A DNA stretch of 64,000 bases from Lama glama (Eukaryota). The notes under the pieces were generated by a model, which was given only the letters and a program-made list of their open reading frames with translations, made no database searches and was not told the origin of the DNA. Shown here piece after piece: positions 1 through 8,640 of the stretch (positions are counted from its first letter, which is position 1; the number at the start of each line of letters is the position of its first letter). Both the position numbers and the translations under genes were made by a program. Where the stretch lies: contig CM052816.1 of assembly GCA_028534125.1 (NCBI GenBank), forward strand, positions 100,380,001-100,444,000. Reading direction: 5' to 3'.

Positions 1-171
1 CATTTTAAAAGACATAATGCCATTGTACACTTAATAGACCAGAGTAGAGTGTAAACATAACCTTTGTAAGCACTGGGAAATGAAAAACTCATGTGGCCCT
101 CTTTTCTGCGGTGAATCTGCTTTATTGTGCGGGTCTGGAACCACACCCACAGTACCTCCGAGGTTTCCCTG
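1..171 (+). mobile_element. Tigger1 (TcMar-Tigger DNA transposon) 3' terminal fragment
   Basis: GACATAATGC..ACACTTAATAGAC..GTGTAAACATAAC..CACTGGGAAA..TTTATTG..GGTCTGGAACC..CTCCGAGGT..CCTG follows the recalled Tigger1 3' end, including the terminal inverted repeat. The element is cut by the window start. Confidence 0.85.
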
Positions 172-179
172 TGTAAATG

Positions 180-415
180 TCAGAAAACACCTGGCTCACT
201 GAGAAAGTCCAACACAGAAGGCAGTACAGTATCCGAGCCCACTTACACGGGCTCTGGAAGACGTGAGTGTGTAGTGGCAGAGAGCACCTGTAGTGTCCGG
301 GTCAGGGACACGAGTGAAATGCTGTGAAACTGGACCGTGGGGTCCCCCGCTCATCCACCTGCACACTTAAAATCAGTGCATTTAATTCTACTTAAACAAT
401 TCCTCAAAAAAGCTA
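180..415 (+). mobile_element. Degraded old L1 (L1M-type) 3' UTR fragment
   Basis: Ends in GCACACTTAAAATCAGTGCATTTAATTCTACTTAAACAATTCCTCAAAAAA, which resembles the L1MB/ME 3' terminus. Boundaries are approximate. Confidence 0.45.
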
Positions 416-1864
416 CTAAATTACCACAATGAGTTACAATTTTTCACATTTCAGATTAGAAGATCCCAAGTTTCTTTAAGCCGTCTGTACTGGTTAGGCT
501 GAAGAACCATGCAGTCTCTCACACTGACGTTTGGAATACAAAACAGAACAGCAGTATAGCAGGTCTGGGTAAAACTGCACATGCAGTGACCCCATGACCA
601 GCACCCCACGTCACAGGCCCCACGCCGAGGCTGCGCCTTCACCGCTGAGAAGCATCCTGTGAGGCGCTGCCCGTGAGGCCCTGCGAACAAAGTGAAAGCT
701 TCTACGTGGCATGCACTCCCTTCGCTTCAGGTCTGGTTAGATCAGTACGACACGCGCCCCCAGAGGGAATGCTATTCAGGTACTTTGGGGAAAAGGGGGG
801 ACGTCTCTAGAAAGCAGTTTGCAGTGATCTCCCTGAGTTACTGTTAAGAAGAAACAGCAAGGTATGGAAAGCTGTACGTGCCCTAAGGAAGAGAGACATT
901 TTATTGACTTGTCATCACGGACATGCACGTGTGTCTGCTCACACTTGTGAAAAGAAATGCGGGGAGACTTGCTAGAAACTAGCAAAGACAGACGGACAGA
1001 TAGAAGGCAGGAGAGATGGACCGGGAGGGGGCTGATGACAAAAGGGGCCAAGACTTCTGAGTACACGTTCTGGAACTTTTAAACTGTGGGAGTTATTGAA
1101 TTACAAGCACTTAACTCAGACAAAAAAGGGGAGAAGTCCTAAAATTAGTATAGGTAGAAAAAAATAAATCTATCCTTGTGTAAAATTGCTAACAGACAAA
1201 ATGCTATTTTCAGGTAGTTTTGAACATCACTCTGTGCACCCCAAATGTGATATTTTCTAGATGTTGAAAGATTTGCAAAGAAAAAAATAAAAACCTGTAC
1301 TCAGTGATTTACCGTTAGTAGTAATGTTGATATTACAGGTTTAAAATCTTACGCATCTTTTAAAATAAATCAAGTGGATAAATATGCAATGGCGAAGGAA
1401 AAAGACTTTCAGCATATGAGGGGAGATAGATTTAAAAATGTTTCAGCATTGAACATGAATTAAAGTATATGTGTGTCATCTCAGGTATAACTGATTCCCT
1501 ACCATGAGTCAGAATCTTTATATAAAAGATGACCCTGAATTTTTTTCTCAGATGAATGTGAAAATCTGGAAAAGTGAAAGATTTCAAAAGATAAAAAATA
1601 GAAAAACATGCTTTCCTTCTCATTCCATGACAGTGAACATCCAAGCCATCACTTTTGTGTATAACTTTTGAAAATCACCAAATATTTAGCAAAGTCGAAA
1701 AACAGAGGAAGCTGTTCCTGGTTTGCATCTTCAGAAGGACAGGATTTCTACTGCCCCTCGTCACTCACCCTGCCTTCCTGTGCTCGGAGGAAGCACCGGG
1801 CCTTATGGACCACACACCTCTCTCGCCCTCACGCCTTGAAGGTCTCTGAAGACACGCAGTCGCG

Positions 1865-3300
1865 GTGCTGACTCGCACTACCACCAGGAGCCCTCCTGTT
1901 CCCCTTCGTAAACACATCCCACCTCCCTCGGGCCCCCCACCCCCACCCCCCAGCCCTTGTCCCTCGGCCCTGGCCACCACCTAACTGTTCTCCATTTCCA
2001 AACCTTGGTAGTTTCCCAAATGTTATATTCATCGAATCATGCAGTAGACAGCCTCTGGGATTGGCTTTCCTCCCTCAGTTTAATTCTCCAGAGATTCGCG
2101 CATGTTGTTGTGTAGACCAATAACTCACTCCTGCGTCTGGTTGAGCATTAATTCCACCCGCTGAAGGACATCTGGGCCGATTCCAATTTCTGTCTCTTAC
2201 AAATACAGCTGCTATGAACATCCGTGTACAGGATTTGTGAGAACATAAGTTTCTGTTTCTCTGGGATGGATGCCCAAGAATGCAATTGCTAGAGTGCATG
2301 GTAGTTGCAAGTTGAATTTTATAAGAAACTGCCAAACTGTTCTCCAGAGTGAATTGACCATTTTATATTCCCACCAGCAAATTAGGAATAATCTAGTTTC
2401 TTTGCACCCTCACCAACCTCTGATGGTGTCACTTTTTAATTTTTTTTATTTTATCCATTCTGATAGCATATATTTCACTGTGGTTTTAATTTGCATTTCC
2501 TTAATGGCTAACGATGCTGAACACCTTTCATGAGCTCAGTTGCCATCTGTGTATCCTCTTTGGTGAAATGTCTTTTTGTCTTTTAACCAAGTTCTAATTG
2601 GATTGTTTTGCAGTTTTTGTTTTGTTTTGTTTTGTTTTACTGTTGAGCTTTGAGTGTTCTTTATATATTCTTGATACTAGTCCTTTTTTGGGTGCATAGT
2701 TTTGCAAATATTTTCTCTCAGTCTGCAAATTTTCATTCTTTTAGGGAACAAAAGGTTTAAACTAGACGGAGACCAATTTATCAAATTTTCCTTTTATGGA
2801 TTGTGCTTTGGGGGTCTAGTCTACGAATTATTTGCCCTAGATCTTGAAGATTTTCTCCCCTATTGTTCTAAGAGTTTCATAATTTTCCATTTAAGTCTAT
2901 GACCCATGTTGAACTAATCTCTGTACAAAGTGTGGACTTGGGTTGGAGCTCGTGTGTGTGTTCGCACTTACGGACAGCCAGTGGCTTCAGCATCATTTGT
3001 TGGAAAGATTAACTTTCTCTCACTGAATGGCATTGTGCCTTTGTTATAATAAGTCAGGGATATTTGAATGTGCTTGTTTCTGGATTCTCTCTTCTTTCCC
3101 AGTGATTTATATGTCTATTCCCCCACCAACATCACACTCTCTTGATTTCTGGAACCATGAAATATCTTGGAAACAAGTAGACTGTTTCTTCCCACTCAAC
3201 TCTTCTTTGTCAAAATTGTTTCAGCTCTCCTAAGGCTCATGCCATTAAAAATAAATTTTAGAATAAGTTTGTCTCTATCTTCAGAAACCTTGCTGGGATC
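1865..3300 (-). mobile_element. L1 (L1MB/L1MC-like) ORF2 3' end plus 3' UTR, degraded
   Basis: Minus-strand translation at 2075-2335 contains CTRMFIAAVFVRDRNWNRPRCPS, matching the L1 ORF2 C-terminal motif TxMFIAALFxIAKxWKQPKCPS. Typical antisense L1 text is present (GTGGTTTTAATTTGCATTTCC, CCATCTGTGTATCCTCTTTGGTGAAATGTC). Confidence 0.9.
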
Positions 3301-3311
3301 TAATTAAAGGG

Positions 3312-3397
3312 TTTATTTAGTGGAGGTGCTGGGGGTTGAACCCAGGACCTTGTGCCTGCTAAACACACCCTCTACCACTGAGCTATACCTTCCACCC
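3312..3397 (-). mobile_element. tRNA-derived SINE, camelid Vic-1 type
   Basis: Reverse complement reads GGAAGGTATAGCTCAGTGGTAGAG..GCACAAGGTCCTGGGTTCAACCCCCAGCACCTCCACTAAATAAA. It has a Pol III A box (TAGCTCAGTGG), a B box (GGTTCAACCCC) and an A-rich tail. Family name assigned from memory. Confidence 0.8.
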
Positions 3398-3887
3398 TTA
3401 ATAAAGTTTGAAATACTCTTTCCCACTCTGAATGTTTTTTTTTTTTACTAAAAGCATCATCAAAGTTCACTTTGCTTTTGTTCAAGTTCCTTTTATCCCA
3501 AATGCCTGTATGCTGGGAACAAGTGTGCGTCATGTGGGATCCAAAAAAAAAAAAAAAAAACGCACACTCACTTTTCTCAAGGAATGCAAGGCTTGGGGAT
3601 GATAGCTGACTCAGGAATTTATTTTCAAAACTGAATGTTATTTTAAGTGTGCGTATCCATTGGGCCTTCAAATTGAACCTACAGACTTGCCCCTGCTTCA
3701 CCCTGGAGTGCCAGCCCCCCGAGACATGATTGGATTTGCCTGGAGTGCCCGCTACACGCAGGTGCAGAGGGATCTCTGAGGGGCAAGCAGAGCTGGGATA
3801 TGAGTGAGTGGCCCTGTGATTGTCCTGTTTCTCTCTCTCAAAGCCCTGCTTTACCTTTTAGAGGAAAAGGTGAATGGCCAAGAGCAA

Positions 3888-3975
3888 GCCATTCACTCAT
3901 TCATTGATTCATTTAATCAGCACGTTTCTGGTGCCCACGACTTGCCAGGCCTGGAGTCAGGGTGGCACTGGAGTC
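3888..3975 (-). mobile_element. L2 3' end fragment
   Basis: CATTCACTCATTCATTGATTCATTTAATCAGCACGTTTCTGGTGCCCACGACTTGCCAGGC resembles the antisense L2 tail (TTCATTCATTCAACAAATATTTATTGAGTGCCTACTATGTGCCAGGC). Confidence 0.6.
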
Positions 3976-5019
3976 AGAGGACCATCACTCCAGGACACCA
4001 GCAGGGCCAGGGAAGCTGAGAAGAGAGCCAGGGCAGCCAGCCCGCAGCTGTGGGCAGATGTCAGCCCTGAACGGCCCTCGTCCTCATGGGCACAGGGCGC
4101 CTCCTGACGGGAGTGTTTCCCAGGAAGCAGCAGCCTCTTCCCTGCCTGGCTCCGAGCAGGTTGAGGAAAAGGGCGAAATGTGGAGACCACACGTCTGTAA
4201 TCACTGACAGAGCCAGGCTGCAGGCCTTGGCTGCAAGGCCTATCCGGCTCTGCAGGGGCTTTGAGCAGATCTGTGTAGGAAGACCCAACCCCTCTGGCTG
4301 AAATGGAGAATGACAGCAGAGAGGTAGTCATTTCTAGAAGCAGCTGAGGGGCCAGCAAGGCATGGAGTTCTATTCTGAGAGTGACGAGGCATGTGAAGGT
4401 TGAGGGCCTGCCGGAGCCTGGAGCCCAGCTGTGGGGGAGGCGAGTCTGGATCCTACCCGCCTTCTCCTTTCCAGGTTGGCTGTCCTTCCCCTGTGGCCTC
4501 CCCCATCTTTCTGTCTCCTCACAGCCCCTCTCTCTAATCTTGATTTGAATTTCCCAAAATACATCTGCTCTGTGTAGGGGAAGATGCAGAATTCCATCCA
4601 GGGTAAAGCATCCTCTCCCACAGAGGCGTGCAGGTGGCCGGTGGCCTCGGTGACAGGGCCAGGACCCTGGGCAGAGCGAGAGGCCAGGCCTCCACTTTCC
4701 ATGGGGTGAGCAGCTAGCCTGCAGGTCCCAGATGAGGGGCCTCAGGCCCTGTGGGGTGCACCCTGCTCAGGAAGCCTGTTTCTCCCTGCCACATTCTGGG
4801 TGACGTTCCAAAGACATCCACACCAGTGACAATCTGTGTAAAGGTCTAAACAGCAAATCCAAGACCTTATGTTTCAAAGGATGGGAGACTGAAGAAGGAA
4901 AGAAGGAGATGAAGAATGTGAATTTTTGAGAAATCAGTTTTATTTATTTATTTTTTTAAAAGAAAGTATTTCTCAACTAGTTCACTCTACTTCCAAGCAA
5001 TGACACTTCTTCTAAATGA

Positions 5020-5990
5020 TAACACTTATTTTTAATTTTCAAAGTGTGAAATATTTCACATGAGAGGGATGGACAGAGTACTATCCCACGGGACTGTCAC
5101 TCCTAGTTAATAACCTTTTGTGACATGTGCATCAGATGTGCTTTTCAGGAATGAAATATTATTAATAGACTGTCACTCCCCCACCTCCCCCCTTCTCAGG
5201 CACTCAGTAGGCCTGCAGAGGAGGGGAGGCCGTTCTCCCCTCACCTTGTTGCAGCCATCACCCTCACCCCGTAAAGAGTAGACATAATGCTGTATTTTTG
5301 TAAAATTCTTCAGTCAGCATCCTGGTGTCTGCATCCTTTTTTAAAAGTTATTACTTTTTTCCCCACTCAACTTTATACTTTTAGAACTTACTCATGTTGA
5401 TACAAGCAGACCCACTTCATTCACTTCCACCCCCTGGGGAACTTTCTGTTTCATGAAATATGCCACAGACTGTATCTGGGCCCCTCCTGATGGCCGTTTA
5501 GGCCGGTCCCAACCCTGCCCTTTGTAAACAATGCTGCAAGGACTGTGCCAGGGCCTCAGGGCCTCAGTGCCCCTGCCTGGCATTTTCTCTGCGGTGGACG
5601 ATGAGGAAAGGGCTCCAAGGGCGGGAGGCAGGGACTGGACATCTCCTGCTTCTTCTGGTGTTGCCCAGTGTCTCCCTACTTTCTTGGCAGCAATCTAAGC
5701 AAGTGAGTGCAGCCGGGGGGGGGGGCGGTGCCCTGTCTCTGCACACCCTGGGCCGCCTTTGGTGTCATCCAGTGGGTGCTGTGACATCTTAGGCACTGTA
5801 TGATGTCACGGGTGAATGTGGACCTCTTTGCCTGCTTGGCTTTTCAGGCTCCTATGTGTGGAGGGCCTGCCTGCGCCCCGACCCATTTCTCCCAATGAGT
5901 GGCTTGTCTTGACCCGTTGAGTGTGGGAACCCTTTCTGATTCTGCAGAACAATTTTCCCATTTATGGAGGCTGCAAAGATCTTTCCCCTC
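5020..5990 (-). mobile_element. Highly degraded L1ME-like fragments
   Basis: Scattered antisense L1 3'-region phrases (TTTCAAAGTGTGAAATATTTCAC, TTGTAAACAATGCTGCA, GCAAAGATCTTTCCC). Boundaries are uncertain. Confidence 0.35.
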
Positions 5991-6329
5991 GGTCGGCAAT
6001 GTATTTTCTGTTCAACTGTAATTTTTACTTATAATGCAATCCAATTGAACAAATACACTCTCCAGTATTTACAAAGGAGAAAAAAAATCCCCCCGGACCT
6101 CTGGATCTGCAGCCCAGGTGTGTCAGAATGTGTGGGAGACTTCGGGGAGAAAATGGGCTGGCGTGTGCGTGTGACTACGTGCCGTCGAATCGTGGTCTGG
6201 GGGAGCCCTCTGGGTGCACAAACCGAATTAAAAGTTAGGAAAGGAGATGAGACACAGCCCCTGACAGACGCTCTCTACAGCCTCGCTTGCCTGACAAAAG
6301 TAAATTGTCCTAAAACTCGAGGAACTCTT

Positions 6330-7320
6330 CCTCCTCCTGTAATGTTTTCTTGCCGGCGAGGAACCTACCTGCTCCTTCCGGGTCAGATCGGCTCCTGCGG
6401 TCTCCGCAGCCCCGAGAGGTGCTGCGGCGCGTAAAACGGTGATGCGAAAGCCACGGAGCACCTGCCGGAGGGACGGGGGTCGGGTGTGGGGGTCGGGGTG
6501 AGCTAAGTTCTTCCAAAAACTGCAGAATCACTTTAAAGAAAAAACAAAAACAAAAAAATTGACAACTCCTCATCTGTTTCCACTTGCCCAGAGCAGCTCC
6601 CGCGGCCCCGGACCTCCCCAGGCAGCGCGAGTGTGCGCGTGCGTGTGTCCGGGCCGCCGATGTGCGCGGCCGTGAACGTGAAAGGCCGAGGACTCGCAAA
6701 TATTTCTCCTTCCAAACAGCTGCCGATGGGAGAACGAAGGCGCTCGGGTGTTCGCTGCTCCAGAAACGGGTCTCCGTAACTTGGATGCTTCGGCTGGTCT
6801 CCGGCAGCCCCGCCTCCCTTCCTGGGCGCTCCGGGCTCGGGACGCACAGGCCAGCGCAGCGCGGGGACATGGGGCTGCGGACCCGGGAGGGCGGGGAGAA
6901 GGGAAGGGCCCGGAGATGGGAGGACAGAAACCCGCAGGACGCTGAGAAATGGCGAGGATAGGATTCTCGGGCTGCTGCTCGGGGGAAACTTCAGGAAGCA
7001 CGTCGGAGGCGGGGCATCCGTGCAGACGATGGGAACTGTGCTGCCCACTAAAGGAGACCGGGAGGGACACGTTAGCAGCCAGGAGCTAAGGAGTCAGGCG
7101 GCGGACTGGGAGAGCCGGGCCACTGACCCGGCACACGGTGCCTGGAGTGTGAGAAGAGCCCGTCCTGAGTCCTAGGGCCCGGCCGCTCCACCCCGCCCCC
7201 AGCCCCAGGTCACCTCCCGAGCCGCGTCCCCGCTCAGGGTCCAGGACTGGAGTGGCGGGGACCCTCTGGCCTTGTGCCGGTTCGCCTCCGGCCTTGCTCT
7301 TCAGAGGCACGGTGCCGCAT
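6330..7320. promoter_or_regulatory. CpG island upstream of the IRX2/IRX2-DT unit
   Basis: Visibly high GC and dense CpG dinucleotides compared with 1-6000. Confidence 0.65.
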
Positions 7321-7455
7321 CAGAAGAGAGTTTGAGAACCTCGGAGATCCAATCACACGTGTCTGTAGATCAGTGAGAGGGCTCAGCCACGTTTCAAAGG
7401 CATTTACGTTTCATTCTTAAATTTTGTGCAACTTACAGCGACGTATTTCGATTCA

Positions 7456-7462
7456 GAAAGGA

Positions 7463-7514
<52 letters not shown>

Positions 7515-7531
7515 GAAAAAAGAAAAGGAAA
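7456..7531 (+). repeat. (GAAA)n microsatellite
   Basis: About 13 perfect GAAA units followed by a degenerate A/G tail. Confidence 0.97.
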
Positions 7532-7846
7532 ACGTAGAACCGAATTCCTATGCTGCCCCCTCCCCTTCTTGCTGTCACCAGCTCCGCAGTCCCGCCGGGA
7601 AGCGCTGGGACAGGAGGGAAACCCGATTAAGAATTCACCAGGAGCGTGCCTTGATACAGTGGAAGTACTTACATGTATATGGCACTTCATTGGAGGAACC
7701 GGGTAAAGTGTGTCTATTTAATCTCAATCGAACCCCCGTCCCTAATTTACCTCTGGAGTGGTAGCTGTTTTCCCACCAAACTTACAAACTCCAGCTAAGA
7801 CACGGTAAAAAGGCGGAGTGAGAGAAAGGCCTTGCTCGGCTTAGCT

Positions 7847-7852
7847 TTTATT
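7847..7852 (-). terminator. Polyadenylation signal AATAAA for the divergent transcript
   Basis: TTTATT on the + strand, ~380 nt downstream (on minus) of a strong acceptor at 8231-8230. Confidence 0.55.
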
Positions 7853-7869
7853 GAAATGCTCCAGGGTCA

Positions 7870-8640
7870 GTGTCCTTCCCCGAATCACACCCACGTGGGA
7901 GGTGGCAGGGCCCGGGCGCCCGCTGCCCGTCGGTGGCCGGGGACGGCGCCGGGGCCACTGCTGTGGGGACGAGGCGGCAGCCGCGGGCCACAGCGCCCCC
8001 TCGCCGCCCGCGCGCACGACTTCGGGCCGCGTCGCTGCTCGGCCTGGCCGGGCGGCCGGGAGCCCCGGGCGGACCGCGTGCGGAGGCGCCCCGGCCTGCG
8101 CCGCCGCCGCTTTCGGGGAAGGACCCGGAGCCCGAGCCGCGTGTCTGCCGTTTCCCGGAGCGCGGCCTCCAGGAAACCGCGGCTCGGAACGTGCATGTCC
8201 ACGCCGACTTGTTCCAAGTGTATCGACCACTGTTGGGACAAGAAACAGAACGTGGCCGTGTTAACCTTTTTTTTTAATGCATGCATGGGGTAAGCGGGGG
8301 GCTCCACCGTAAACCTGAAACTGCCAGTCGCCCAGGTAATGGTTCCGATGAGCGCGCTGTCTGGGCAGTTCGCCGGTGTGCCCCTTGTGTCTCCCATTCT
8401 GTTCCACTCCAGCTCGGAGGGCAACTGAAAGCAACAGGAGCCAAGTGCCCGTCCGTACCCGAGCGCTGCACATGCCTGAACACCCTCCTCGCCCGGGAGC
8501 GAGTCACCCAGGTCCCTGCTCTCCGAGAGAGATGGCCGCGGGGCCCGGGGCGCGGCCGAGCGCTCCCCGCGGGAACCCGACACGCGGTTCCAGCGAATCC
8601 AGACCCCCCTCGCACGGAGCCGCTGCGTGGAGCCTCGACA
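7870..8640. promoter_or_regulatory. CpG island over the 3' part of the divergent transcript
   Basis: Dense CpG and very high GC. Confidence 0.7.

Noticed and set aside
2075..2902. ORFs with L1 ORF2-like or hydrophobic peptides
   Set aside because: They are fragments of a decayed L1 with many stops and frameshifts, not genes.
3312..3397. Possible tRNA gene (A and B boxes present)
   Set aside because: It has an A-rich tail and no convincing acceptor stem or cloverleaf, so it is a SINE.
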